Counted from the stretch's first letter, positions 8,020-18,757 are shown. The stretch is DNA of 64,000 nucleotides from Candidatus Omnitrophica bacterium UBA6215 (GCA_002421665.1 DISH01000006.1:217784-281783), one strand, 5' to 3'. The notes: generated by a model not told the origin, from the sequence alone. Numbers and translations are program-made.

Positions 8020-9399
8020 ATGGCTAATACGGCTTGCAGCGAAAACCTTAAGGTCAAGAACGAGGTCGCGGACCGCGTTCTTCTTGTATTGAATTCCTAC
8101 GATAAACTTGAATTCTCCCCGGATCTAAGGCAATTCTTCAAAAAGAAATTAAGGGAAAAATACAACAAGGTAATAGAGGTCGAGCTTATAGGCATGGCGG
8201 AGCTCGGGCAGACCAGGGGAAACCTTACCGGTTACCTCAGGACGCACGAGCGTATAAAAAAACTCATGTCAAAGAAAAAACTCGATTCCTTCGATACTAT
8301 CATATACATACATGACGCCGGGTTGGCTACCAGGATCTTCCCCCTCTCTTATGAGTTTGGGACCCCGTCAAAGGCAAGCATAAGGTTCCCCGAAGGCAGG
8401 GCGCCGGACATGCTTCTTCCCTGCATAGCGAAAAGTATCCCGCTTTTAAAGAATACTGTGGTAATATTGCCGATAGACCAGTATTTCGACTATTCGGATA
8501 TAGATATAGGCGGACTCCTCAAGTCCCTCAACAAAAATACCGCTTCCATGCTCTTCACTCCCGTCCAGATAAACAGGGCTCTGGGAAGCCTGGGGACGGC
8601 TAAACTCGGAGAGGACAATTCTATTTCATGTTTCTACGAGAAGACCTTTGACGAAAAATTAATACCCAAATTCGGAAAGAATATGACGCTGGCAAACACT
8701 TTCCAGCTTTTTATGACCAAGGAAGGCATAGACAAGCTCCAAAATGCCCTTGATCTTTTCTGTTCCAAGGAAAAGAACAAGGACTTCATAATCCACTTGA
8801 ACGCAACTGAATGGAGCTTCAATAAACTTGTCTGCGAATCCCTTGTCCTCAACAAAAAAGCCCTCTCAAAGATACAGTTGTCCATGCGTGAATGCCTGCA
8901 GCAATATGAGATAAGCGTAGGCGGCGCGGTAGCCAAGGGATATTGGATAGACTGGGCGTCAAATATAATGACCTACCTGGAACTTTTGAGGAAACTTACG
9001 GCACAAATAGCCAAGCCGGACGAATACGGCAATTATTTCGTCAGGAGCAAGAAGATAAAGCCTTCGAGTAAACTGGAATCGTGCGTATTCATCGATTGCG
9101 ATACCATAGATCTTTTCGGAAGCTATAAGAATTGCATATTCATAGCTTGCGAATGGGTCAGGATAATGAATTGCTTCGAGGGCAACGGCTCCCTGTTCTA
9201 TGCACTCAAAAAGAAGAACTTCCTGCGCAAAGAGATGAATTACAAGCTGTTCGCAAATTTCTTAAGCGGAAGGCGCAATATAGAGTTCGAATGCGACATC
9301 TATGATGACTACAGGAACCTCTATAGCGCAATGAAGAAGGTCAGTGACGACTGGCTCTATTATCACGAAGTCCTGAAGGAAAGCTACAACACTAGGTAA
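8020..9399 (+). CDS. Hypothetical protein with divergent sugar-phosphate nucleotidyltransferase-like (GT-A) segment
   Basis: 459-aa ORF. Residues about 95-160 (HDAGLATRIFPLSYEFGTPSKASIRF...VVILPIDQYFDY) resemble the NTP_transferase signature GxGTRLxPLT...PK...GDhiy, but two of the three signature glycines are replaced. Convergent with the giant gene; the 3' ends overlap by 8 nt. Confidence 0.55.
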   Translation: MANTACSENLKVKNEVADRVLLVLNSYDKLEFSPDLRQFFKKKLREKYNKVIEVELIGMAELGQTRGNLTGYLRTHERIKKLMSKKKLDSFDTIIYIHDAGLATRIFPLSYEFGTPSKASIRFPEGRAPDMLLPCIAKSIPLLKNTVVILPIDQYFDYSDIDIGGLLKSLNKNTASMLFTPVQINRALGSLGTAKLGEDNSISCFYEKTFDEKLIPKFGKNMTLANTFQLFMTKEGIDKLQNALDLFCSKEKNKDFIIHLNATEWSFNKLVCESLVLNKKALSKIQLSMRECLQQYEISVGGAVAKGYWIDWASNIMTYLELLRKLTAQIAKPDEYGNYFVRSKKIKPSSKLESCVFIDCDTIDLFGSYKNCIFIACEWVRIMNCFEGNGSLFYALKKKNFLRKEMNYKLFANFLSGRRNIEFECDIYDDYRNLYSAMKKVSDDWLYYHEVLKESYNTR

Positions 9400-12300
9400 T
9401 CTTCTGGAAGTCTGTCGAGAACGCCTTTATACACCTGGACATATAGATCGTAACAGCTTTCTTGGCCCTTACCTCATCCTCATAAACCCTAACAAGCTTG
9501 GCTTTGTAGGCGCGATCCAGTTTCTTCCAGATATCTTCCATCGCCCTGACGTTCTCGTTAAGCCTGTTAAAATCATTTATGATCACGCTGCTGTAAAACT
9601 TGCCCAGGTAGACCCTGTCATCGGAGGTATGCTCTACGTTCAGGATGAGCATATAGGCCGCCTCCAACACCACAAAAACCCATAGCCAGTGAGAATAGCA
9701 CCTTGCGTTGAACTCTGAGGCAAAATAGAGCAGGAACGTCAACAGGATTGTAAATATGAACACGGCTTTTACCCTGCCCAGCACCCTGTTATACCTTATC
9801 TCTGCCTGCCTGTCGCTCTGTATGAGTTCTTGGTGCGAAAAATACATATCGTCCATAAGATCGGACTTCTGGACCGAAGAAGCAGCCGGGTAACCGGGCA
9901 GGTTATCCTTCAGCCATTTATTCAATCGAGTATAACCGCTGAGCTTCCATTTCAGCAGCGCCCAACCTATCAGGGAAGATATACCCAGAAGTGTATAGAC
10001 CACCGATTCAGGAGACGCGGTAGCCGGCCCCGAAGCTATGGAACTTATACCCAGGACAACACAAACAAACAGCAATGGTATTATCACGAAGTTCCAGAAC
10101 TTCGAGATCGTCAACTCCTTGAAGAGCGCTATAGGCTGTGAATGGGCAAAAAGCGGCATTATTATGAAAGACAACGTCGTGCTTATATACAACGCCGAGA
10201 ATATGAATAATGCTTTGACCGCCAACGACGAGAATATCAGGCCCCACATGACAAAACCCACTCCCGTGAAGACGAGAAGGACTACGGCATATATTATCTG
10301 CAGCTTGATCACGGACATCTTCCCTATATCCCCGTCAGGGACTACCTCGTCACGCCAGTTCTTAAGGTACGGTATGCCTATCTTGTTCCATTTGACCCCG
10401 GCGGTATACATCAGGGCGACTATGGCAAAAGGCAGGAACGGTATGAAGGGGCTAAGCCATAACGGCATCGACTTCGTCGCCACCGCCACATAAGCCAAAG
10501 GCAGGCCTATTATCGTGCTGAACATGGAGGCCTTCAGTATGTCCCTCTTCTCCCCCCAGATGATCTTAAGCGGTAAATGTCCGAGGTTCCACCCCTTCGG
10601 GCTTATTATGAATATAGCCTTGCCTTTAAGTCCGGCGAGGAACCCGAAGGCATACGCCGGTATGACCGACGCGTAGAAGAAATGATTCTTCGCAACCAGT
10701 CTTAAATATGCCGAGAAAGATTTCTTGAACCCAAAATGTTCAAGCAGGTATGCGATACCTGTTGCGGTTATCGATTGGTTGAAAAGCAGCCCTAAGATAC
10801 CGAATACTATAGGATACGGCACGGCCATGAAACCGTTTATACCCCAGCATATCATCAGCCACAAGTAAAGGAAATTGATTATGAACATGAGCGGCGTCTG
10901 GTAGAAGAATGAGAACCCGAACATAAGCATGAACTTCTGGGCTACGTGCAGGTTCTCGGAATTCAATATACCGGGGATGACCCTGCCTATGGCGGCATCG
11001 GAAGAACCCATGGCCCACTTTGTAAGCGGGACTAGGCTGGTAAAATATGAGGTCTCCCTGCCTTTACCGAAGAGCAGGTATTCCTTATGAGCGGTCCTGA
11101 AACCTTTCTTCCAAAGAGATGTCGCCAACAGTATATCTTCTGATATGTAGTCCTGCGGGAAACCTCCCGCAGCTGTTATCATATCGGTCCTTATGATCGC
11201 ACTATGGCCGTAAAAACCGCAGGCCTGGAATATGTTCAGGGTGCGCTGCGTAACGGATACGAACGTCTCCTCGTTGAAACCTATTGCCTGAGATATCCAT
11301 GAGTAATTTTTGTTGAATATATACTCCGCGAAGAGAACTTCGCCGAGAGCAGGGTCACTCCTGAATTCCGATAATGCCACCGGTATCTTGACGGCGTCCT
11401 CTACCCTGACAGAACAGTTGGCATCGAAGAAAAGTACGGTCTCGCCTTTTATGAAAGGCAGGGCCTGGTTAAGGCCGCTCGGCTTGCCTTTCTTAACGGG
11501 CGCTACAAAAGGTGCGGTCTCTATAAGTTCTATCCTGCCGGAAGTCTCATCATACCTGTGCAGGCCGCAGTCACTGCCCTTGGAATAGGTAACGGCCGTT
11601 TCGTTTTCCCCGGATGTGTAATCGGCATCGCTGGCAAACCAATAAACGTTGAGCTTCGGCATCTCTTTCATCAATCTTCTCAGGGCTATCCTGTCCGAAT
11701 CCTTGGTCGCGGGGCTGTGATATCCCTCATAGTTGAGCAATATCTGGACCTTCTCGGAAACCATGCGCTCTATCTCTCCATCGGAAGACCCCGGGTAGCA
11801 GATGCGGGCGTACATAGCGAAAGCGTCCCGTATCTTGTATACTTCTACGGCCGTCTTCTCAACACACTGGACGGTAAGATTAGCCCACTTGCGTATCTTT
11901 TCCCTGAGCTGTTCGGGCAACCCTTCCGGGAGCCTCTTAAGGCCGAATAACAACTTGAGTTGCTCCCGTGTAACAAATTGCCCCAGATCGGAACTGCCAA
12001 GCCTGTTGACGAATTCTTCCCACTGGGGCCTGTAAAAACCTATAAGGTGGTTTAGCCTGGTAACTTCGGCGCCCCTGTCGCAACCGTTGAGCTCGTCGAA
12101 AGTAAAGCTGACAGGTTCGTTAAAAGCGGTTATCATTGCCGTCAGCGAAGGCAGATCTGTCCAGGATTCCGCCTTTGGCATTTCCATGAGCCAGCTGTTA
12201 ATATAGACCCTTATCCTTTCCGAAGCTTCTTCGGCGCGTGGCGGCCTGTCAATTTTCGGAGTGGGATTCCCGGATGAATAGACAAGCGACTCCTTCTCTT

Positions 12301-15300
12301 TCCCGCTTATGACATAGTAATCGTGGAGTTCCTTTATCATTGCATTCCAATAGGATTTCCACGTCTCATCAGCGAGGCCGGAAGCCTTCCCCCCTGACGA
12401 CATCATTACATCCGAGAAACGCTGCCTCGATAACCCGAATTTCCTTCTCAACTGGCCCCAGGATATGACCTGCCCGACCCCCTCCCTCTTGCCCCGGTAA
12501 AAACCTATAAGGGCTATTATTATATAGAACAGGGAGAAGAAACTTGAGAGTATAAAAGTAAACGTAAGCAGCAGCGCGCTTAAGTTAATGAACAAACCCC
12601 AACCAGCGTTCACGAACGTAAGTTTGATTATTATCCTGACCGTCCAGATTATCACGAATATACTGAACAGGCCCCACAGGTACGATGCGGAAAAGAACAT
12701 AACCCAGAACAATCTGGTGGAGCGTCTTATCTCGCCGCTTTCCGCGCTTGCAAGGCAAGCCGGCCTGTAGTTGCCAAGGCTCCGTTTCATTAATAGCACT
12801 GTCAGCATTACACCGGCCAGGATCAAGAGGGTTATCTCTATGAACACGGCCAACACGTTCGGGGACAAACGCACGATCGGAGAAAGAATATCGACAAGGT
12901 GGACGGACAATTGCTCTATCCTCCCGGCGAACGGCAAGAGCTTCAAGGCTATAGCCGCTCCGCCGAGGATGACAACGGAAAATATCGGTACGTGAAACTC
13001 CCAGAACCTGCGCAAGTTATCTACGAATTGCGGTATGCCGGCCTTGTCCGGGAACGTCTTCATCCACGCATAGCTTTTATAAGACTTCGGGTCCGATGAG
13101 GGCTCCTTGCCGCCTTTTGTCTCCAGGAACAAAAGTTTCTGTTCCGCGGAAGCTCCCGTAAGTTTAGAGAAGGAAGGTATGAATCCCGGCCTCCTGCCCT
13201 CGAAAAGGTCGTTCATGTCGTCATAAGTGAATATATACTCCTTTATAAGGCCGAGTTTCTTATCATATCCCGGCCTCAAAACTTCTATGAATACCTGCAC
13301 ATCGCTTCGGATCTCTTTTAATACATCAGGCCCTTTGCCGGAACGCAGTATGCCAAGCGATTTATCAAACAGGTAATTCCTGAAACCCGGTACCGCCGCC
13401 CTGAATTCCACGGATTCGTCAAATATCAGGCGGAACAATACTACAAGCGCGAGTTCATCCGGCTTATTCCCAAAACCCGACAGCTTGATCCCGCTTCCGT
13501 TCTTGCCCGACCACTTCTCGAACTCCCTCGCCTCAACTGCAAACAGGTTCCCGAGAATTATCTCCTCGCGTCCTACCCTGTCGGCTATCCTCTTTACAAT
13601 GACATTTATACCGGCGGAATGCCTTGAAGGATCTGCGCCAAAATCGCGGAAACGTTCTTCCAGCAAAGGACGGAACGTTTCCATGACCGCGGCAAAAAGT
13701 ACGGACGTAGGCTTATTCCCTTCGTATACATCTATGCATGCTTTCTTGACTTCTTCAGGAAGGCTCGACCTTTCCAATAAGGCCCTGCTAAACGGCGCTA
13801 TGGCGCCTTTCGGCGGCACCTGCGCCTTTGCTTCATCCTCGGCGACCTTTATCCTGCGGGCCCTGCCTGCTTTCAGCCTCCGCCTGGATATATACCCGAA
13901 CATGAAGAGTGTGCCGGCAAATAATGCGGCAAAGAGGATAGGTTTCTGCCATCTTATGGTCTTCATGAGGTATACTGAACTGCTTTCTATATGTTCCTTC
14001 TTGTATTTATACACACCGTTGTCATCAAATTCGTAGTCCGACCTTATCCAGTGTTCGATATCGAACGGCCTGCGTTCGAGGAATGTCTGTGTCTGCCATC
14101 CGTTGCGATGGTAAACGCTGGCATCTCCGAGGAAAACCGCTACTATCTGAGTACCCGGTTTTGTGCCTTCCGGCTGGGTACCCGGTTTGAAATATCTTTC
14201 TATCTTTATGGGCCTTAGGTATGAATACGGGACAAGCGGATCATAATACTCCGTCTGCCTTCCCCCCTGTATCGGGAGTATGTTCATAAGCCTCAATATT
14301 ATGAAGCGGCGCTCGAGAACGATCAGCTGCCCGCTCAGGGAATGGACATCGTAAAAAGCGTAATCGGAATTCAAGACACCGTATTTGACGCCCCTTATAG
14401 GAGGTCCGTCAGGCAGCTTGAACGGTTTCACCTCAGGCTCATAAGGAACCCTGATCATCGGGTGGCTAAATACGCTGCGCGGATATTCGAGCGTTCCGGA
14501 GAAATATTTGATCTCTCCGACGCGCCCGCCTGGTTCTATGGTATGGTAACCGGGCAGCGTCCCGAACGGGGCTTTTTCCACATTATTCATCGCTTCATCA
14601 AGCGCCTTGCGTTTGATGAGCTTCCCGTACTCGGTCTTCAGTAACTCCCTGAGCTGGTCGACCTCCAGGCCTTCCTTGTACCATTCATAGATTACCGTAT
14701 CTTCCTTCTTGGCTATGGCACGGGTACGGTCTTCTCCCCGGTCATCCTTCCAGGATTCCAGCAGGGTATCCCTGCCGAATATGTTCTTCTTGAGCTTGAG
14801 CTTGCTTCCTTTATGCAATGTCGTCTCATCGCCGAGCATCACGAACTTGACGTTCACCAATTCCCTTCCAAGCACGTCATCGGGAATCATATAACTGACC
14901 GTTGTTATGGCTACGGTATTAGTGAAATGCGGGAACCCGTCTTCCCCGGTAACCATCCTGAATATCCTCTTCTTCATCTGAGGCAACAGGGTGTCGGCAT
15001 ATATGCCCAGAGGCTCCATTCTCTTTATATATTTGGGAGAAAGCACCGAATCGGCGCGGACAGAGTTATCGACATCGCTTATAGATACAAGTTCTCCCGC
15101 GAGATTGAACGTCAGGGTCTTTGCCGGTATTTCGGTCTCGGCTATCCAATCTACCGGGACCTCTAAGGTACCGCCGCGAACTATTAACCTCTGCCTGCCA
15201 AGGCTGTCTCCCGGTTCATAGAAAACGAAATAAGGTGTCTCTCCGGGGGCATTAGGGTCACCGGTAAGGTTGCTTGTTACCTCGTTCTCTTCCAGAATAA

Positions 15301-18300
15301 GGCTGTCGCTGACTCTTCCTACCTTCTCGGCACCGAGCCTGTTAAGTATAAGGACGGCCTGCCTCTCCCTTTCATCTTCGGGCAAAGACGTAAGCGACTT
15401 GGTCAGCGCTTCCTTGAAATTCATGATCTTCCCGGTTGTCTTGTAACGGCGCACCCACGCGAGGCCTTGGGTCAGATTCTCCAGGTTAGGAACTTCCTCC
15501 GATAAAGCCTTTCCGGGTGATTCAAGAAAGACTTCCTTGGTGACCTCCTGGTCGGGCCCGTATTTTACTATGGTTATTATGTTCTTGACTATCTGAGCGG
15601 ATATATCCCCTTCCGGAGTATAATATTCCATTTTCTTTGTGTACCGGGCCTTGCCATCCTCGAATATTATCCTCCCGTTCTCATCTTTGGCAAATACATG
15701 CACTTCCGAGACAAAATATTTCTTATCCGGCGTGTAACCTTTGAATATGCTCTCGGATAAGTCGGAAAACCACTCACCGCTCTCGTCAGTACGATAAGTA
15801 TGGCTGCCCACAACCTGAAGCGTGTCCTTGTCATACTCGATATCCGTCCTGATATCGGAAGTGACGACTTTTGTGAGCGGGTCTATTTGTATATTCTCGG
15901 AATATATTGTCTCGAGGTTACCGGCAATATCATAGACCTCCACATAAAGGACCCTCCCGGTAGCCTCATTGATCACCTTGAGCCAGACCCTGCCCGAAGC
16001 ATCGCGCAGATCTCGTCCGAATTCGTCCTTGCCCAGTATGGACTCATAGCTCCTTAGGGTGGATTCGGCCCTTTCTTTTGCCACCTCAAATTCGCCTAAC
16101 CTTTTTTCGGCTGCTTTTGCGCCATAATATATTACGTGGATAAACCCGTCGTCGTCATACCAGGCCAATTCGTTGGAAAGGCGGTCATACTGTTCGATCA
16201 GTTCGAGGCGGGTCTGCGCATCCTTCTCTTCCCTGACCCTTTTGAGCAGTTCAAGCAGCCTTTCCTTGAATTCTTTTGTCTCCGAAGCTATTACGTCATC
16301 GCCGAGGTATATCCATAGCGGCTGCGTAGGGGTAGGCCTGCTTCCGGTGAATTCCTCCCTGGGCTTTATTACCATGCCCTCAATAAGGCCCCTCTCGTAT
16401 TTCACGGCATTCAACTTCGAAGTCTCGCTCGTCCTCCAATTCGTGAGGTTGAACTTGGTACCCATGACTATTTCCTGGCCGCTCTTGACCGAGACGCCTC
16501 CCACCCTCAATCGCCTTGTCTCATCAAGCCCAAGAACCCTGGCGTAGTACATGCCGCGTTCCTGGGTAGCAAGCATACCCTTGTCGTCAGGAACCACACC
16601 GGCCGATATCAGGTCCGCTCTTTGCCAGTCCTGAGCGTTTATATACTTCTTGTATTCCTGTTCGGTAATAGGCACTTTAGAGACGAGGCCCGGCAGGTCC
16701 TCCACGGAATCATAATATTGAAGTATATTCATATCCGCGTCCACCTCGAGGGCGGTAAAATACCTGGCTATCAAATGGCCTTCGGGCAGATTTTTTGCGG
16801 ACTGGAACTGCTGTGCCGGGTTCTTAAGGTCTTCCCTGTTGGCCTCAGGCAAATCGTTCTCGGAAGAGAACTGCCTTACTATGTTGTAGTCGCCGTCTAT
16901 CTCAAAAGCATAATAAGGCTTATAATTACCGTCCAGGCGCAGGTTGTACTTCGGCGCTATCCTCCATTTGATGCCGGTCGAATCGTCGAAATAAGCATAT
17001 TCCGACTTGATCGCTTTGCTCAGGGGCTCCGGGAGATCCGAGAACTTCTTGTAGATTATCTTGAAACCACCGTCAACACCTATAACATCATAATCCCGTT
17101 TTTGCGTATCCAACACCCCGTCAAACCAGCAATTATAGCTCGTCATAAGGACCGCTATGGCCTTCTTCCTGGCTATCGTAGAATCCTTGAGGACCTGATC
17201 GTAAAGGACCTTATAATAAACTATGGGTTTCTTGAGGGCGGCATCCCTGATGGCTTCCTGCTGCGCGATAAGCTCCGCTTCGGATATCACTCTTTCCTGT
17301 TCCGGGATAACTATCGCCTTGGAGGGTTTTGTCACCTTGCCAGGTTCGTTCATCCATTTAGCGATATCCTTGAGCGAGTCGCGTAACGCGAATCCGTTGA
17401 GGTCAAACGGGTTAAACCCAGAAAGAGGGAATGACGCCCATGTGGCCGAGATGTCGGCATCCGCCTGCGGAGTAAGCCAGTTATCGAATGGGTAGCGCCT
17501 TATACCTTTTTCGGAAGCGTAAGGAAGCGACGCGGAAACATCCATCCTTGCGGCCATACGCCCCAGGTTATCGAGGTATAACTTTGCCGCATCGACAAAC
17601 TTTACTGCGGTTTCATTATCCCCCTTATCCCTTGCATGCTTGGCCATGACAAGATAAGCTAACGCAACCTGAGAAGAGAACTCCGGAGACAGCACAGGCT
17701 TTCTGCCCGGCCTGCCGAATTTATCGGTAAAGTCGAATCCTTCTACGCCTTTGACCTTTACCCCGCTAGGATGCAAATAATCTACTTTTACCCTTGCCCT
17801 TTCCAGGCTCTCAAGCAGCCTGCGGCTCGTGTGGATACCGCCGAATTTCACTCCAAACTCCGAATCCAGGACCTCGGGCCCCAGGATTATAATGGCAAGC
17901 GCGTTCGCATCGGTCGCATAAACATCATTTATCTCGTCCTTAGAAGTACCGGCTGTAAAATATCCTCCTCTTACGTTGTACACGCCGCTCGATACCATCC
18001 ATTTAAGGATATTGTCCATCGCATTCTTGTAAATACCCTTCCCGGTGATATCATAAAGCATGCCGAACAGGACGTAACAGTCCAGGTTCTCTTCTGTTGA
18101 CTTAGCATAATATTCCGCATTGCCCTGGAATGGATATTTCCTTATTCCCCCGTTATCCGCCTGGAGATTGATAAGGAACTCGGCACGGCGTTCAGCCGCG
18201 GAAAGCCATTTTTCATCGCCGTTCAATTGATATTCCCTTACGAAGCTTATTCCCCACCAGGCGTTGGGTCCTGCCGTTATGAGGGGATCTTCGCTCAAGC

Positions 18301-18757
18301 CGGTCCTTACGTCAAGGCCGTTGGGGATGTCCCTGGTCTCCCCTCTTTCCATCAACAACCCGGCAACTTTGGAAGAAAATTCGTACTGGCCGGCCATAAC
18401 CATATTCTGGTGGGCAAGAGCCTGCGGATACACATAAGACATCTCCGCAAAGGGGTTCTTCTCGCCTGACTTGGCTATCATTGTAGGCACAAGGCCCGTA
18501 TCGGGATTAGACCATTCGAGTATGAAAGTTGCCAGCTCGCCGGCATTTATTGGGCCATCCTTTTGCTTTGCATTATCCAGGGGATTCGCCGCGGTAACCG
18601 GTATCGCCTTTTTAGACCCATCCGGAGAAGATTCCCTGACGGACACCTTGAAGGCAGGCCTGTGGCATGAACGCATGGCAAGCAGTACCGCCAGCGCCGC
18701 TATCAATACTATAACTATAATTACCTTTTTGCCGTTTTTGGCCATCTCCGGTCTCAT
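9392..18757 (-). CDS. Giant 3121-aa multidomain envelope protein with a glycosidase-like ectodomain and a GT2-like processive glycosyltransferase core
   Basis: An uninterrupted 9.37 kb ORF. N-terminal signal anchor (KKVIIVIVLIAALAVLLA), then about 1650 aa predicted extracytoplasmic, including a six-hairpin glycosidase-like region (aa about 60-470). A TM helix follows at about aa 1695 and TM clusters at about 2050-2250 and about 2700-3121. Between the clusters is a GT-A region with DxD-like LFFDANCSV, a TED-like ISEDILLATSLW and QxxRW-like LVPLTKWAMG. Its ATG overlaps the stop of the upstream OEP gene (ATGA). Confidence 0.8.
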   Translation of the reverse strand: MRPEMAKNGKKVIIVIVLIAALAVLLAMRSCHRPAFKVSVRESSPDGSKKAIPVTAANPLDNAKQKDGPINAGELATFILEWSNPDTGLVPTMIAKSGEKNPFAEMSYVYPQALAHQNMVMAGQYEFSSKVAGLLMERGETRDIPNGLDVRTGLSEDPLITAGPNAWWGISFVREYQLNGDEKWLSAAERRAEFLINLQADNGGIRKYPFQGNAEYYAKSTEENLDCYVLFGMLYDITGKGIYKNAMDNILKWMVSSGVYNVRGGYFTAGTSKDEINDVYATDANALAIIILGPEVLDSEFGVKFGGIHTSRRLLESLERARVKVDYLHPSGVKVKGVEGFDFTDKFGRPGRKPVLSPEFSSQVALAYLVMAKHARDKGDNETAVKFVDAAKLYLDNLGRMAARMDVSASLPYASEKGIRRYPFDNWLTPQADADISATWASFPLSGFNPFDLNGFALRDSLKDIAKWMNEPGKVTKPSKAIVIPEQERVISEAELIAQQEAIRDAALKKPIVYYKVLYDQVLKDSTIARKKAIAVLMTSYNCWFDGVLDTQKRDYDVIGVDGGFKIIYKKFSDLPEPLSKAIKSEYAYFDDSTGIKWRIAPKYNLRLDGNYKPYYAFEIDGDYNIVRQFSSENDLPEANREDLKNPAQQFQSAKNLPEGHLIARYFTALEVDADMNILQYYDSVEDLPGLVSKVPITEQEYKKYINAQDWQRADLISAGVVPDDKGMLATQERGMYYARVLGLDETRRLRVGGVSVKSGQEIVMGTKFNLTNWRTSETSKLNAVKYERGLIEGMVIKPREEFTGSRPTPTQPLWIYLGDDVIASETKEFKERLLELLKRVREEKDAQTRLELIEQYDRLSNELAWYDDDGFIHVIYYGAKAAEKRLGEFEVAKERAESTLRSYESILGKDEFGRDLRDASGRVWLKVINEATGRVLYVEVYDIAGNLETIYSENIQIDPLTKVVTSDIRTDIEYDKDTLQVVGSHTYRTDESGEWFSDLSESIFKGYTPDKKYFVSEVHVFAKDENGRIIFEDGKARYTKKMEYYTPEGDISAQIVKNIITIVKYGPDQEVTKEVFLESPGKALSEEVPNLENLTQGLAWVRRYKTTGKIMNFKEALTKSLTSLPEDERERQAVLILNRLGAEKVGRVSDSLILEENEVTSNLTGDPNAPGETPYFVFYEPGDSLGRQRLIVRGGTLEVPVDWIAETEIPAKTLTFNLAGELVSISDVDNSVRADSVLSPKYIKRMEPLGIYADTLLPQMKKRIFRMVTGEDGFPHFTNTVAITTVSYMIPDDVLGRELVNVKFVMLGDETTLHKGSKLKLKKNIFGRDTLLESWKDDRGEDRTRAIAKKEDTVIYEWYKEGLEVDQLRELLKTEYGKLIKRKALDEAMNNVEKAPFGTLPGYHTIEPGGRVGEIKYFSGTLEYPRSVFSHPMIRVPYEPEVKPFKLPDGPPIRGVKYGVLNSDYAFYDVHSLSGQLIVLERRFIILRLMNILPIQGGRQTEYYDPLVPYSYLRPIKIERYFKPGTQPEGTKPGTQIVAVFLGDASVYHRNGWQTQTFLERRPFDIEHWIRSDYEFDDNGVYKYKKEHIESSSVYLMKTIRWQKPILFAALFAGTLFMFGYISRRRLKAGRARRIKVAEDEAKAQVPPKGAIAPFSRALLERSSLPEEVKKACIDVYEGNKPTSVLFAAVMETFRPLLEERFRDFGADPSRHSAGINVIVKRIADRVGREEIILGNLFAVEAREFEKWSGKNGSGIKLSGFGNKPDELALVVLFRLIFDESVEFRAAVPGFRNYLFDKSLGILRSGKGPDVLKEIRSDVQVFIEVLRPGYDKKLGLIKEYIFTYDDMNDLFEGRRPGFIPSFSKLTGASAEQKLLFLETKGGKEPSSDPKSYKSYAWMKTFPDKAGIPQFVDNLRRFWEFHVPIFSVVILGGAAIALKLLPFAGRIEQLSVHLVDILSPIVRLSPNVLAVFIEITLLILAGVMLTVLLMKRSLGNYRPACLASAESGEIRRSTRLFWVMFFSASYLWGLFSIFVIIWTVRIIIKLTFVNAGWGLFINLSALLLTFTFILSSFFSLFYIIIALIGFYRGKREGVGQVISWGQLRRKFGLSRQRFSDVMMSSGGKASGLADETWKSYWNAMIKELHDYYVISGKEKESLVYSSGNPTPKIDRPPRAEEASERIRVYINSWLMEMPKAESWTDLPSLTAMITAFNEPVSFTFDELNGCDRGAEVTRLNHLIGFYRPQWEEFVNRLGSSDLGQFVTREQLKLLFGLKRLPEGLPEQLREKIRKWANLTVQCVEKTAVEVYKIRDAFAMYARICYPGSSDGEIERMVSEKVQILLNYEGYHSPATKDSDRIALRRLMKEMPKLNVYWFASDADYTSGENETAVTYSKGSDCGLHRYDETSGRIELIETAPFVAPVKKGKPSGLNQALPFIKGETVLFFDANCSVRVEDAVKIPVALSEFRSDPALGEVLFAEYIFNKNYSWISQAIGFNEETFVSVTQRTLNIFQACGFYGHSAIIRTDMITAAGGFPQDYISEDILLATSLWKKGFRTAHKEYLLFGKGRETSYFTSLVPLTKWAMGSSDAAIGRVIPGILNSENLHVAQKFMLMFGFSFFYQTPLMFIINFLYLWLMICWGINGFMAVPYPIVFGILGLLFNQSITATGIAYLLEHFGFKKSFSAYLRLVAKNHFFYASVIPAYAFGFLAGLKGKAIFIISPKGWNLGHLPLKIIWGEKRDILKASMFSTIIGLPLAYVAVATKSMPLWLSPFIPFLPFAIVALMYTAGVKWNKIGIPYLKNWRDEVVPDGDIGKMSVIKLQIIYAVVLLVFTGVGFVMWGLIFSSLAVKALFIFSALYISTTLSFIIMPLFAHSQPIALFKELTISKFWNFVIIPLLFVCVVLGISSIASGPATASPESVVYTLLGISSLIGWALLKWKLSGYTRLNKWLKDNLPGYPAASSVQKSDLMDDMYFSHQELIQSDRQAEIRYNRVLGRVKAVFIFTILLTFLLYFASEFNARCYSHWLWVFVVLEAAYMLILNVEHTSDDRVYLGKFYSSVIINDFNRLNENVRAMEDIWKKLDRAYKAKLVRVYEDEVRAKKAVTIYMSRCIKAFSTDFQKIT

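Noticed and set aside
9830-18469. Numerous 60-250-aa plus-strand ORFs inside the 3121-aa gene
   Set aside because: All are antisense to one continuous 9.4 kb reading frame with coherent TM and GT domain organisation. None has an RBS or domain signature.
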